Shown here one piece after another: positions 1 through 14,577 of a stretch of 64,000 nt of DNA (within the stretch, counting starts at the first letter, position 1; each line of letters begins with the position of its first letter). Source of the stretch: Monocercomonoides exilis PA203. Its lineage: Eukaryota > Protista > Preaxostyla. The notes beneath the pieces were generated by a model that saw only the letters and a list, made by a program, of their open reading frames with translations, did not search any database and was not told the DNA's origin. The stretch spans positions 1,674,001-1,738,000 of the forward strand of contig LSRY02000006.1 in the NCBI GenBank assembly GCA_001643675.2. The letters run 5' to 3'. Both the position numbers and the translations under genes were made by a program.

Positions 1-145
1 TAACGTCAGTGCTCAAGGCACGCTTCTTGGAAAAGTGACTCATACTTACACAAAGAAAGCATTGCTTAACAGAACACGGCAAACTCAAAAAGCATCCACA
101 CTCCCTGATCCTCCGTCTTGGAAGCCTACAACAAGTCCATATTAA
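1..145 (+). CDS. 3' end of a gene truncated by the window edge
   Basis: Frame from nt 2 reads NVSAQGTLLGKVTHTY...PPSWKPTTSPY to TAA at 143-145, followed by T-rich UTR-like sequence. Confidence 0.5.
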   Translation, partial: NVSAQGTLLGKVTHTYTKKALLNRTRQTQKASTLPDPPSWKPTTSPY

Positions 146-600
146 TTTCTGTAGAAATAATTAGTTTCGTTTATTTTTATTTGTTGCCTTTTTTTTTCCT
201 TTTTTTGTTTATTTCTTGTGTTTTGATTTATGTGATTATGTATATAATGCTTTTTCAGTTGATGGACTCATTTACTTTTTTTCTGTGTGTTGTATTTTAC
301 AATCAAAAATTATTTTATGTTTTTTACTTTATTGTTGATTGGATATAAAGTTAATGTGTTATTTCTTGAATCAATTCTTTTCCAACTTGTTATTCGCCTT
401 TTTGTTCATTCAAAAAGAAAATGAAATACGGGAGAAAAGTGTCTGTGCAAGTGTAATTTTTCTAAGCGAGAAAGGAGAGAAAGATAAATATGCAAAAATG
501 CAACATTCATAATTATTTTGTAGAATATTTCTGTTTGAAAAGTTAGCGTTGTCAATAATGCGTTAATCAATTTTTTTCAATTTATAAATAGAAAAATACC

Positions 601-1471
601 TTAAAATACTGTTTGAAGTTTATCTGGGAAAAGAATTCCTTTCATTTTTGGAAGGAGGTTTTCATAGGCAATCTTCAGTCGAGCTTCGAGGGTATTGTTA
701 AGTCTAATTCGTCCATCGTGGCATGTTAAAATCACACCTCCAGCGCTATGATTAAAAATTTCTTAATTTTAAGAAAAAATGAATGTTTAAAATCACATAC
801 CAGAATTGACCGCTTTTAGATTGATCTGGTCCTGAGGGGAGTGATTCGCTTTCATCAACAATTACGTGAAATTCCATTTTCTTTGGAGCAATTGATTCTT
901 CTGCTTTTTTAATTGCTTGTGGAATAGATTCTTTTACAAGTGCGATATCTTCTTTGCGGCACTAAAAAATAAAAAAAATTTTTTATATTTCCTTAATATT
1001 AACTTCAAGCTCAAGAATTCAAACCAAAATTGAAACATGTGCTTCAAGAAGTTCTGTGAGGCCCTGTGAAATGAGGTTAACAAGCAATTGCTTGTATTTG
1101 TCGGTGTTTTTTGATTGCTCTGCAGAGCTTAGTTTTGCCTTTTCCAACAATGATTCGAGCATTTCGTTTCGTTGTTTTTGAATATCAAGCAAAATTGTAT
1201 TTGTTCGATTTGAAATTTCACTAATAATTTTTAAAATGAAAATGAATTAATAGCATCTTAGAAACGCAAACATTCTACGCTTCACAGAGATCTGGGACTG
1301 TTTGCGTGCATATTCTTTTCTGATTCTTTCTTTTTCTGCCTCAAGTAATGAATTCTTTTCTGTGTAATAATCTTCCTCTGCATTGGCAGTAATTTCCTCT
1401 GCTTTTTCGTTAGCTTCTTGGATGATGAAGCTTTTCATCTGGTCGATAGATTTCTGAACTTTAGGATCCAT
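601..1471 (-). CDS. ATP6V1E: V-type H+-ATPase subunit E (4 exons)
   Basis: MDPKVQKSIDQMKSFIIQEANEKAEEI...ILCRKED...CAGGVILTCHDGRIRLNNTLEARL...LPKMKGILFP. Three GT-AG introns keep the frame. Confidence 0.95.
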
Positions 1472-1619
1472 TTCTTTGTTTTGCTCAATGGGTAAGATCA
1501 TTAGTTGATGAATTTTTCTGTATATCACTGGAATCAATAAGAGAGTAATATCATCAGAGACAATTGTTTTCACAAAAAAACTCTATCAAAAATCGTTTAT
1601 GGTGGTTAATTAGATCAAA

Positions 1620-3104
1620 ATGGAAGATAATAAAGATAAAATTGAAACACCTGAAAATTCGAGTAACTTAACGACTGATACTGATAATGATAAACAATTA
1701 TTAGATTCAAATCAAAGTTTGCTCTGATTTTATTTAATTTACTTTTTAATGAAAATGTTTAATTCAAAAAAAGCTGTGGTTCAGACTGAAGTCGTTGAGG
1801 GTGAAAAGAAATCAGATGAAATAGCAGCAAATGAAAGTGATGAAGAGTTATTTGAAGATGACAATGAACCGAAAAAGCAATTAAAAGACCCGCAATCAAG
1901 TGAAAATAAAGAAATTGAGAACCTCGAAGAAATTGAAGAAGAATCTGAAGATGAGGAAGATGACGATGAAGAAGATGAAGACGATGATGCTTATAAGCCA
2001 TTTTTTGATATGTTTGGAGACAATAAACGTCAAAGACTTGATGATGCAGAAAATGAAGATCAGAAAACAGAAGATGGCAATCAGACGGTGACTCGTTCTG
2101 CACGAGTTCTTAAAATGCCCACTCCTCTAGAACTTGATCAAATGCAATATGAGATGTCATTGGCTCAGCAGGAGCAATCTTTACACTCTCCTGGGCTTGA
2201 TTCTTCCATTTCTAAACTGAATAAAATGATCGATTCTAATCGTTTATCCACGTCATCCATTTTACCTTCACCTTCTCCGCTGTCGTTTGCATCATCGCGT
2301 CTGTCTCAACTTGATGAAAATTCAATTGCCAGTATGTTTGATGATGAAACAAAGAGCGTTCTTGGATTGCCATCGTCCAGCATCACTTCAGTAGATTCTG
2401 CTTCTATGCCTCCTCCACTAAGTTCTCGCGCGAGTTTAGGGAAAAGTAAAGCTGGCCCTCAAGGAAGTCCTTCTTTGGCGCAAATGTTTTCAAAATCGCT
2501 TTCTACACTTTCAACATCATTCACCACACTTGATGATTCCACTTCACATGTTTCTCTTTCTTCCCCGGTTACTCATGTTTCAGTGCTTGCTCCATCTGGC
2601 TCTCCTACAGCGTCCTTGTCTTCATTTCATACCAGCACGCAATCATCTGTTTGGAATTTACCCACAACCACATCTCGAATTCGTCCAGTTGATAGCTCTT
2701 CGTTCTCCAATTCTCTCGCTTCAATGTCTTTGTCTTCGGCTTCTCTATCTTCATTTAGCGATGCGCCTCCAACAAGATATTCTCTGCTTATGAACAGAAC
2801 AACAAATAAAGATTCTATTGATGCACAATTGAAGGATTTGACAACTTCAAATGAAAGTGCAACGATATCAAAAGTTAAGAAAATGCTCTTCAATTCAGCT
2901 CATAAGCCTAAAGATCTGGAAATGCCTGAACAAAATCAAAAAAAGCAGCCTTCGCAAGAACAACCACAATCACCCTTGCCAAAACCTTCACCGCAACCTC
3001 AGAAAACTACACACACTTCAAACGCAACTAAAGAAAAGAAAGAAGAAAAACGAAAGTCAATGAAGCAGCCGACGTTGTTTGAGATGAAGACGAAAAAAGC
3101 TTAG
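1620..3104 (+). CDS. Hypothetical acidic/Ser-rich protein with C-terminal PIP-box-like motif (2 exons)
   Basis: ATG 1620, then a phase-1 GT-AG intron (~1717-1773) joins the 451-aa ORF. Ends KRKSMKQPTLFEMKTKKA. Confidence 0.75.
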
Positions 3105-3771
3105 TTCATATAAATTACATAATTATTGCTTTGGCATTTTCGTTTTCTTACTCAAACTTCGGATTGAAAGATAGATGAAGTCACACTAGTTAAATGTTAG
3201 CAATGATTGAAAACGGAAAATATGCACTTTAATACAGTTTTGATTTTTTAAAGTTTTTTGTTTCGATTTTGTTGTATTCATGAATAGTAGCATACAGTTG
3301 AAATATAGCTTTTCAGAATATTATTGTTATCATTTTGATAAAATTAAGAAAAAGATTTTTCGTTTTTTGAGCATAAGTTCAATGCTCTCCTCTGATTGAA
3401 TGGTTCAAAGAAATCGGATCATCTTTAAAAAGACATTGAAATAAACACCAACTGGTTCTTTCTTTCAAAGTTCCAGCCTTTTAGAACTCTATGACTTTTT
3501 CATTTTAAATACAAACCCTAATTTGTAATTAGATCCACTTTAATTTGAAAATAGAGTCATCCACAATCTGCTCGACAATTCAATTTTTTTTTCGAATTAA
3601 AATTTGTCGTCTTGATTGTTGATTGTGTGATTGGTTCAAAAAACTACTTTCATTCCTGTAGAAAAAATTTTAATTTATTATTTTTTGGGGTCATGTATGA
3701 GAAAGGAATCAAAACAAATTAATATAAATAAAAATGAATCTTTAAAATGAGAACGTTTAATAGAGACTATT

Positions 3772-4720
3772 CTATTGTCCCTTTCTGCATTTGTAGATGT
3801 AATGGACTTCTCCTCCTTCAGTGGAAGATGATGGTAATGTAACACCAACTTGAGGCTTTGGTACTGTATTAACTGAAACTGTCCATCCTCTATAATTCAT
3901 TAATCGTCAAATAAAACTCAATTAAAAAAATTTAATGTCACATACAAATCTGAAACTTGTAAATATGGTAATCTGTTTTCATTTCCTCCATATGATATTT
4001 CTATAAATACTCCTCCTGGTTTTAGAACCCTAAAAATAATAATGGCAAATATTCGTGTTAAAATTTGGCTGAATAACAATAATAAATACTTTGAAATTCC
4101 AGCAAGCATCTTTTGAACATTTTGGAATGAACCATCTCCACAAAGAATGGAATCTAAAGTTCCCTTATCAATAACAACATCGTACTGAGCTTCATCTTGA
4201 GCAGTTAATAAAAGAACATCCTCAACAGCATCTAACAATATTTAAATAATTGTCAGTATGATTATGTATTGTAAATGCAGTTGTAAAACAACAAGGAAAA
4301 TTTTAAATTTTTTCATACAAGTTAGTCCAGGCTTGTCAACAGCTCGCTTACTCATAATTTCAATTGCTTTCTCAGAAAAATCTGTGCATTTAATATCTGT
4401 ATAACCATCTTCATACATATCTTCTCCAAGTCCTTTTAAATAAAAAATGAAAAAATTTTTCGATTTATTTAAAGAATATGCAGATGAACATCAGAGGACA
4501 AACTGGATGTTCCGCATCCAACTTGTAATATTTTAGCTTTTCGGTCGAATTCAGTTTCAAAAAATGGCTTTAATGCAACATATCGTTGAAACCATTCAAA
4601 CGGTTGTTGATCGCGTGTATACCGATCTTCCCTGTTGATTCAATTGGATAAAGTCCATTAAAAGTGCGTGCAGATTTCAAATATTTCATACCAATATTCA
4701 AGTTTTCCGTATTGCGCCAT
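3772..4720 (-). CDS. Class I SAM-dependent lysine methyltransferase, EEF1AKMT4/METTL13-N-like (6 exons)
   Basis: MAQYGKLEYWEDRY..FEWF, ILQVGCGTS, DVVIDKGTLDSILCG, VLKPGGVFIEISYG, HYIYKCRK. GT-AG introns. Confidence 0.9.
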
Positions 4721-5334
4721 AGGTTCAAAACAATAACCTCCTTAGATCGTAACCATTTTTCAAAGTTGAATCTGATCATTTATTCTTTGAAATTTGAAAA
4801 ATTGATTCATATTTCCCATCTTTATGCAAGTTTTGGTTTTCCTCAACATTTACAATGTTGTTTTCAATGACCTCTCAATTTTTATGAAAAAAAGTTAATC
4901 GTTTGTCCAAATATGATTTTTCAAAATGTATCAGGAAAAATGAAAAAATATTTTACAGAAATATAATAACATGGAAATGAAAAGATTCAATTAAGAAAAT
5001 TATTTAATAAAGATTTTACAGTTGATTTGATAACAAAGCCCATCAAAGGAAAATTATGTTCACAAGAGCAGAAAGAATAAGAGAGCAATCATAATTGAAG
5101 ACTGCAAATATATTTTTACAACAACGAAACAGCAAAACGTGCAAATATCGATCATCTTCGCGCTTATTTCAACAAAGCTGGGAGATGCTTTTGATAAGTC
5201 CTATTTTATGAGTGTTACACTGATGTATCAACACGAGACATTCAGTCAAGCTCAAAAGAAAAAATAATTTTTAAAAAAAGTTTTAAAAAAATATAAATAA
5301 TAATAAATCGCACTTCCAGGTTGGAAGCAATCAA

Positions 5335-5365
5335 AAAAAAAAAAATAAAATAAAATAAAATAAAA

Positions 5366-5400
<35 letters not shown>

Positions 5401-5420
5401 AAATTAAAATAAAAATAAAA
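5335..5420. repeat. A-run plus (AAAAT)n/(AAAT)n microsatellite
   Basis: Visible tandem units downstream of the PHD gene stop. Confidence 0.85.
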
Positions 5421-5477
5421 AATAATTCATTGTTGTAAACAGAATCAGATGATGGCCAAAGAAGGTTGATGATCGAG

Positions 5478-8400
5478 TTAATCTCGCTTGGGATTTTGCT
5501 GAGTATGAGAAGCAGGTGTGTCATTAGTAGTTGTGGTTGTGGTGGAGGAGGAGGTGGTGTGTTGAGTGTTTTGAGGGGGAAGGAGAGGAAATGCTGTCGA
5601 TGAAGAAGACAAAGAAGAGGACGAAGCAAGAGAAGGGGCAGGCAGCGAAGGGTAGCTGCCGGGCAGGCGAGGGAGAGGAGGCTGAAAAGAGGGCGAGGGA
5701 GGAAACTGAGCAAGCTGGTGGGGAAGAAGAGCATTCACACTTGTGGATGCAGAGGCGCTTGCCAAGGGCAACGTGCTGGCTGGTTGAAGTGGAAGCTGTG
5801 CGGGTTGGAAAGACCCAGCTGCACTTTGAGGCAAAAATGGAATGGTTGCTATTTTTTTGTATAGAATTTAACAACAAACACATAAATGATTCAGAATTGA
5901 GAGTCAAAATAAAAATTCAAAATTGTAAATAAAATAAATAAATACAGACAAACTGTTGATTTGAAAAGTCTTTTTCTGAATGTTTTGTTGCTGTGTATTA
6001 GAAGTCTGTGCAGAGTCGGCAGAAGGAAGAGAAAAAGGTCCCGTTCCAGGCTGATTAACCAGCGAAACTGGACTTTTCTGCAAATTCTGTGGCAGCTGAG
6101 CAGCAGCTGCAGGAGGCTGATAAAATGGATAAGAGGGATAAGGAGGAGAAGGCGAGAAGGATGCCAAAGAAGGATGTTGGCCAGATGAAGGCAGAAAAGC
6201 TCGCCCGTCTGATGAGGCAGCAGAGGCGGGTGTGTTTGTTGTTTGAGACTCAGCAGATATTCGAGACAGGCCCAGTGGCGATGCCAGCGGGGTAAGAGCT
6301 GCAGGAAGCGGCTGAGGAAAGCTTGATAGATAAGAAGGGGGATGTGTCGATGAGAGAGAAGAAGAGGAAGAGGAAGGCAAAGTGGAAGAAGAGGAAGAAG
6401 AGGAGGAGGAGGAGGAGGAAGGTGATGATGTTGATGAAGCAGGGAAAACAAGAGGCGAAGATCCGTGGAACGAAGGAGACAACTGAGTAACTGGACGGAA
6501 AGGCAGTTGTGGGGATGCATAGTTCATAGAAGCAGATTCAGAAGTCAAAAGACTCGTGCCATTTGCACTCTGATCTTCGAGTGTAGCACCAGAAGCCAGC
6601 TTCGTCGCTCCTTTCTTCTTTCGCTTTGCCAAAATACCAGCAGACGAGGGAGCGAACGAAGGCGGGGTTGACTGCGGGTAAAGGGCCAGAGCATAAGGAG
6701 ACGGTACAAGCGAAGGAGGAAGCACAGTGCTTGTGCCATATGGAAATGAGTGCTTGTCTCCAGAAGGGCGAGGCGCTGTCATTCCCAATGGAGTCGATGC
6801 TCCTGGGAATGCAGGCGGGTGTGTGACTGGCAAAGGAGCAGGAGCAGTTTGAGATGTTGTGGGGATTGAGGAAAGATAAGGAGACGGGTTGATCTTGCCG
6901 AAGGACGAAGGATTCACTTCGCCAAATATGCCGTTCAGTTCTGGATGCAACATCAGTGCACTTGTCGAATAGGATGGAGGGATGTTCAGAGGAGAGTCGT
7001 ATTCCTTCGGAGAAGAAGCCAAGCCAAAGTCAGACTTCGCAGGAGCTGTTGCAAAAGAGCCCAGAGTGCCTGAGCTTGTCCGGCTGGTCGCCAGCCCCGT
7101 CGCTTTTCTTCGGTGCGCCCCTTTCGCTTTCCGCCCTCTTCCTTTCTTCGGCCGCATGATTCCGTTTCCAATTGCTGCGATGCCTCCAGTTTTGCGAAGC
7201 GGATCCTGAAAGTAAGACAGCCCTGGAATAGACGCAGAACCAGAAATAGAAGCAGATGCAGAAGCAGTGTGAAGCACAGAATTTTTTGGGGATTTTGTCT
7301 TTTTGCGGGGAAGTTCACCAAATTTGCTGTGATGATAAGGTTTCCGCTCTTCCAGCTCGCTCAGCGAGTGTGGGTCGATCCCCATGCTTCGCAGGATCGT
7401 CGGCGGAAGCAGATATTCCAGCGACGAATGGCCATGATGCGCATTTGAATGTGCCACCTCGTCTGTTTTGAGCTCTGCTTCTTCTTTCTTCTCGCCCTCG
7501 CTCTGGCTGGTCACTGCCCCGCCTTCAATCAGCGCTGTCTTCGGCTTCTTCATGTTGTGGTGTGTTTTGGAGAAGCCCTCAGATTCAGTCTCGTCTCCGT
7601 CTTTCTCGTCTTCAGCGAGCATATCAGCATTTGTCTCTTCTCTTTTCTTCTTTTTGGAGACTTCGCTGTTTGCTTCCATACCGTCAATAGAACTGTCTTG
7701 CTCTTCTTTCATTTCTTCGTTCATTTTGACCAAAGAAGCAGATCCTTCTTCCTCTTTTCCTTCTTTTCCTTCTTTTTCTTCTTCTTTTTCTTCTTCTTCT
7801 GCTCCTCTGTCTTCTCTCTGGTTTTCTTCGAGCTTCATCTTCATTTCGCGGTCGTGCCCCCGCTGCTCAATGTACCGCACCAAAGAGTATATTTGCTGTG
7901 CTGAGTTGCCTCCTTTCACCAGCGCCAGGACTGCCTCGATGGAGTGCCTGTTCTCCCGCAGCCCTGCCCGCCGCGGCTTCTCCGTCTTGTACGAGATCAG
8001 CTTCTCTGGCAGCACAATCCCTATCTCCTCCAGCTCCCTTTTGGTCTCCTCAATGAACGGGTCTGTGGCTGTGCTCTCTTCCTTGTCGTGTTCATTAACA
8101 CCCGCATTCTCTTCCTCCTTCGCCAGCTGTGCATCTGCTGCATCACTGGTATTTCCTGCCCTGTCCCCCGAGTGAGCAGTCTGCGAGTGCGACATCGCCT
8201 TCTCAATGTCCACGTCCTTCAGCTGCCGCAGCGAGTACCCGCTTGTCCCCTTCAGCCGGCTCAGCGCAGAGTCCTCGCGGTGCATCCGGGCGATCTCGTA
8301 GCTGATAAGCGACTTGCTCTTTCGCGTGTGCGGGTGGAGGAACAGCGAGTGGAGGCTAAACATTCCGTTCCTTCTCGCCCTCGGCTTTGTGTAGTGTCTT

Positions 8401-10933
8401 GATGTGCTGGCCCCGTTGGTTCTCTTTTTCTTTTTCTTTTTCTTTTTCTTGGTTACTGCTGTCATTCTGCTTGTAGATGAAATGCTGTCTGCCAATTGCA
8501 ATTGAATTCCCTCTGCTTCTGCGCCTTTCTTGTGTGATGATTGAGAACCCTTCTTTTTCAGCCCAGAGGAAGTCACTTGCTGTTCTGAAGGAGAAGCTTC
8601 TTCGCCGTTTTCGGCCTGAGATTCTTGTGCGCTTCCAACATCAGTTTTTTCCATCCCATCATCGCTGCTAAACAGACTGTCTTCATCAGCGTCTGTTCCT
8701 GCTTCTTCTTCTTCGTTTGCCTCTTTCTCATCCAACTGCATCTCATGCGATTCAGCAGTTGTTGGCAATGATGTTTCATTTTCATTGGTTGACTTCGCTT
8801 TTCCCTTGCGTCCTCTTCTCACAGAGCTTGCACCGCGTTTGGAGAGTCTTGCTTTCTTCTTTCCTTTCAGCTTGTTGTTGCGAAGAGTGCTGAGCAGTCT
8901 CTTCACTTGCTTTGCTTGGCGTCTGATGAGTGAGACAGACGCTCTTTGTGTGTCATCTGCTTCGTTTGTTGATTCTGATGAAAAGAAATCGTCACTCGAG
9001 TCTTTCTCTTCAGTCGCTGCCTCGTCCCGTTTGGAACGCTGTTTGTGATTGTCTCCAGCATCTTCAGTGGAAAGTGTGCCTGTTGTGTTATTGTTCTTTT
9101 CAGTATCTTTAACGTGGCCGTTGTTCTCAGATGCTATTTCATCTCTTTTTGCTTCGTCTCCAGAATTTTTCGTGTTTGAAAGTGAATCAAAAGAAGTCGT
9201 TTCTTCGCGTCTCTTCTTCTCTTCTGCTTCAATTTTCTCTTTTTTCGCCTGCAGCCGACTGCTCACTCGTGTCGGCTTAGCAGCCTGTGGTGTTTGCGAC
9301 ACTTCAGAAGACTCAAGATCTGTTTTGTGATCAGAAAGCAGTAAAGCTTTGATGTTCTGTTCTTCTGAGAAATCGTCGTCGCTGACGTCGATGTTGTACT
9401 TGTGCTTAGCATAATGCCCTGATTTCGCCATTTTTTTCTTCTTCCGCTGAATCGGAGGCAGCGCAACTTTGTTTAGTTTTTGCAGAGCTTTCATTTTCTT
9501 TTTGTATTTGCTGAGAGCGTGTGGCTTTGTGATTGCATAGCTTGGCTGATAAACTGATTTCTCAGAATTGTCCTTTCTTTTCCTGAGCGAGCGTCCAGTT
9601 GCTTGCTGGATGCTTTCATCAACCTCCATCGTTTCTTCGTTCTCGTTGAGAAAGTCGCTTTCTTCTCCTTTCTTCTCGTCATTTGCAGGCAAAGAGTCTG
9701 TTGATCCAGACGAATGCATATCGTCTGTCTCGTTTTGTTGCTCTTCCCTCTCCTTTGATAGTGCTTTGTCTTCTTTCTTTGGTGCTTTCGTTTTCTTAGA
9801 TGTGCTTTTGGGTTGGTCCTCTTTGCTTGCCTTCTGCTTCGATTTTGTGGATTTTCTCTTTGGTTTTGCAATTTTCTCTTTTCCATCAGAACTCTCGACA
9901 GAAGTCAATTCTTGCTTCAAGCGAGGAATAGCGCTCTTTTTCTTCTTCGAATTTTTTTTGCTTGCCTCTCCTTTGCGAGGCTTTAAAATTTTTTCTCCTC
10001 CATTCGGATCTTTTGAATCTTCTAAAGCTGAAAGCTCGTCTTTCTTCTTAACTTTTCCTTTTTCTTCTATTTTTGGTGTTTCTTTTGATCGATGGTTTGC
10101 ATACTTCACACGAGCAACAGTTCTTAATGAATGGGAAGCTACAATAATTTAAATAATAATTCAATATAATTTGGGAAAAATAATATCAATTCAATAAATG
10201 TTAACTTGGTAACAAATTTTTAAAAATTGAATAAACTTCTGATAGCTTGTCGTGTAAGTTCTTCATCATCAAGTTTTAATAGAACATCAAGTTCCTTTTC
10301 TTCATTAGTCTGGAGAGAGATGGTATTTTGCTTTATATCTTCGTTATCTTTCAAATCATTCATCTGAAAAAAAAAGATTGTGTGAATGAAACAATATAAT
10401 TTTTTTCAATACTTGATTGTGTTTGCTACACAGCGGGCACTTCCATGCACTAAATCTCTTTTTCTCCAGATCAGTTACTCCAACACATTTAACATGAAAC
10501 CTAAAAACAGAAAATAATTTTAAAGTGATAATATCAAAAACAATAAATTAATACCATTTTGAGCATTCGTTACAGCAAATTATTGGATCTCCTAAAGTAT
10601 ATTATCAAATGAAAATGTAAATAATTCGAAATAGTTATGAACAAGCAAGAAATATTTCCAAAACAATAATATTTAATTAACTTATAAATAACAAATAACA
10701 TCGTCCACAATCATCTCAAAACCACTTCAAAAAATAGCTATTTCTAAAGTTATCAAACGATTCGCACCTTTTATTTGTTTATGGCAAATGCATTCGGTTT
10801 TTGTTAATAATTCATCTTCCGTGTCAGTCTCACTTTCATCATCATCCATTTCATCATGCATCTCATGATTGAACTCATTTATGGATTGATCGCCCTTTGT
10901 GAGCACAGGGTCCTGTTCAGACTTTGTGTTCAT
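5478..10933 (-). CDS. Large low-complexity protein with N-terminal PHD finger (multi-exon; start approximate)
   Basis: Spliced exons give ECICHKQIKGDPIICCNECSKWFHVKCVG...WKCPLCSK (C4HC3 PHD), then the 1401-aa K/E/S-rich ORF with basic NLS-like tracts, then a Pro/Ser-rich last exon (5478-5850). Confidence 0.85.
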
Positions 10934-11239
10934 CAACAAAGTCAGTTCGAATACAAATAAAAATTATTAAGGGTCCATTAACAAATTTTATTGTCTTTTC
11001 TAACGAAATCTGGTAATAGTCATGCATTGTATTGAAGTCTACAAATTTTTCAATCTAAGTTTTCCCCATATTTTTTTGTTTAAATAACGGTTTTTCATAT
11101 TTTTGTGCATTGTGAGATAATCGTACCATTGAACTTTTGCAAAAACATGTATTCTTTTATAATTTATTGTTTTAATAACCATTGAAATGTGAATTCTATT
11201 TTTTATTTTTTTAACTTAGTTATTTTCATTTGACAAAAA

Positions 11240-14200
11240 ATGTCTGTTTTACATGGTGGAAGATATGAACCATCACCTTCGGATTATGATGACACATATT
11301 TAAATGAAAATGATAGTTCAAATGTTCATTATTCTTCTCAAAAACAATGTAGTCAATCATCGCTTCCTCCTCTTGAATCAAATTCTTCGATTGAATCCAT
11401 GGAAGTTCAAGAAACTGTTCAACGCAAGCAATCTGCTCGCTCAGATTCAAATCATTTGTCTTGTACGGAAGAGCAAGTGATTACGTATTCTCGTCCTCAT
11501 ACTTCTTCAAGTAAGCATTCATATCAGCTTCCACTTTTCAAAGAAACAGAGTTTCAACAGTATCCTTCAGATAAAAGGACTTCTCATGAAATGAAAGATA
11601 TACCAAAAAGTTTGGCTAGTTCTTCAAATACTTCAAATCAACTTTCAAGAACTGAAAAGCAAAAAAATAGAATTCAACCTCAGAAACCTTTATGGGATTT
11701 GAGCATTTCTTTTGATGCAACAAAGCAGCAGCGCTCTTCTTCTGCTTTATCAAAATCCACTCAATCTTCCTATTCTTTCAAGCCTCGAACAATTAATTCT
11801 TTGACACTTATGGCAAGCACGTATGGTTCGGTAAAATCAACAAAGAATTCAAAACGCCCGATTGCACGTTCGCCCGAAGCAATTAATCCTATTAGAGGAG
11901 AAAGTTATGGAAAAGAAAAGCCTCCCAGACCAGTGGTTAATCGATCTGGTAATTCAAACCGGTCAAAATCTTCACTTATAATTTACAGAAATAAGAGTCA
12001 TATTGATTCTTCAGATCAGTTTCCAACATCAACAACTGCACAATCACAATCTTCATCTGGATATTCGACAACGTTACCACTTTTTGAGCAATCGCAATCT
12101 GTTTCGTCTTCCTCTTCCTATGTGGACCCGCTTCACTCACGTCATTCACAAAAAGCTGCGTCTCAGAGATCGACGACTCCATCTTCGTTTTCGACTTCAA
12201 GCAATTCACTGACACCTTCGTATATTGCTGGCAGAGTCAATGAGCGAATGCATGAAAAGCTGCGCATCTCTCAGCAAATTGAGCTTCAGCAAAAGCAAGA
12301 AAAGTTGGAAGAAAGAAGGAGGAGAAGAGAAGAGGAGGAGAAAAGGAGGAAAATTCAAGAACTTTTGAGGAAAGAGAGAGAGAAGGAAAGAGAAAAAGCG
12401 CGTTCCTTTGGAAGCCAATATGAAGAGAAACGGAAGCGCAAGGAAGAGCAAACAATTGAGCTGCTGTTCGACAGCACTCCACATTCAGCAGGAACGAACA
12501 ATTCACTTCTTTTATCAGATTCGTTTGATGACACCTTTTTTGAACCCTCGCTCGCCACTTCACATTCCATTTCTCCACCTGCTTTGTCCAATTCACCGCC
12601 ACTTCAAACTTCGTATTTATCATCTCATTCCACTTCGAATTCTACCGCCACATGTCACTCCACATCACCATACACTCAACAACGCTGCACCACAAGTTCG
12701 TCTAAGCCTTTATCCACACGCACTTCAATATATCCACGGGGGATATCGCCTTTGAGATCAACCCGTAACAGCCGAGAAGCAGAGTCTTCAAACAGCGGCA
12801 GGCCAGCCAGCAAAAATAATGCTGTTGTTGTTGAGGATGCTCTACTGAGTCCTGTTGGCAGCCACCACTGGAACCGCTCGTCGGAATACGGAGGGAGGAA
12901 GAAATTGCGCAAGTCCGATCTCACACCCGAAGAAAAGCACATTCTGATGATGGAGCTGGAAGAAGAGAGAGAGCGGGAGTTGAAAGAGAGGGAAGAGAAA
13001 AGAAAGAAGCAGGAGCAGCGAGAGATTGAGCTGCAGCGGGTGGTTGATTGGGAGCTGCGGAAGAGGAACTGCGAAGAAGAGAAGAAGATGATTTTGGAGG
13101 AGCGAAAGAGGGAAAGGGAGAGGATGATGGACGAAGCGATGCGGATGAGAGAGGAGAGGAAGAAGAAAGAAGCAGAAAAGGAGGAGTGGCTGCAGATGGA
13201 GAAGAAGAAAGACGAGCAGCTTCGAAGAGAGAAAGAAGAGAACGAGCGCAAAAGAGAAGCCAGTCTGATGCGGATTCGAGAAAAGCACAGGCGAGACAAG
13301 CAGAGAAGAGAAGAAAGGAGAAGAAGGGAAGCCGAAGAGAAGGAGCAGAGGCGGAGGGAGCAGCAGGCGATTGCAGAAAGTGTGCGGCAGAAGAGAAATG
13401 AGGAGATTAAAAGGAGGAAATATGAGTTGGGCAAAGTTGTGGAAGATGTGAGTGAGAATCATAATGATACTCCTTCTTCTGCTGCCGCTGCCACAGATGA
13501 GAATTTGATTGAGGATTCGCTTTCAACTAAAAGGGGAAAGAGAAAAGAAGAAAAGGACAGCATGATTGAAGGAAATGAAAAGAAAGTGAAAAATGTCAAG
13601 GAGAATGAAAGAGATGAAGAGCTAAACAAAAGAGAAGAGACGCCAACGCCAACCAAAATGCAAAAGGAAAGGAGAGAGCAACTTTATTTTATGGGCAAAT
13701 CAGAGGAGTCTATTGTGAAAGAGAATGAGGTGTATTCGAAAAGTCCAAAAGTGATGAATGGGAAAGGCGCAGATAAGGAGACAGACAAGAAGATGGAAAA
13801 AGAGATAGAAAAGGAGAGAATGAATAAAACTGGGAAAGAAAGCGAATTTCTAAAATCTGATGAAACAAATGAAATAAATAATGGAAAGAAAGAAAATTCC
13901 AATTTTGATAATAAGCAGAAAGAGAATGAACAAATTGTGGAAGATAATGAAAGATTGATTGGAAAAGAGAATCAAAAGAAAAGTGCAAGCAGAGATAAAA
14001 TTCTTAAAGAATGTGATAAAGAAGAAATAATTGTCAACACTAAAGAAGATTCTGAGAGAGACAAAGCGTTTGTGCATCAAAAGTTGGTTGATGAAACTTC
14101 AAACAAAATACGGCAGATACTTGCAAAGGACGAAGAGAGGAAAAAGAAGCAAAAAGAAGAGCTGATCAAATACCATGCAAGTAAAGCACAGAAACTTGAT

Positions 14201-14544
14201 GAACTGAAGAAAAAAGCAACAGATAAAAATCAAAATGAAGCTGGATGTGATAGAAAGTTGTTGAATGATACAGAAATCGTATCTGTAGAAACAAGCACAC
14301 AGCCTCTTCTTTCTTCAGAGGAGAATGAATTTGTTAACAACACTTCAGCTAATGAAGGAACGCAAAAGATAGAAACTGATCGCTTGAATTTGATAAAAGA
14401 AAGTAACGATGATATTCACAAAGTTCAATCGACACATTTATCTGATGGAGATAAAAAAGTGAAAGGAGAAAATGAGGAAGAAAAGGTTAAGGAGAAGGGA
14501 AAAGAAGAAAAAGAAAAAGAAGATGGAGAAGAAGAGGGGGAAGA

Positions 14545-14577
<33 letters not shown>

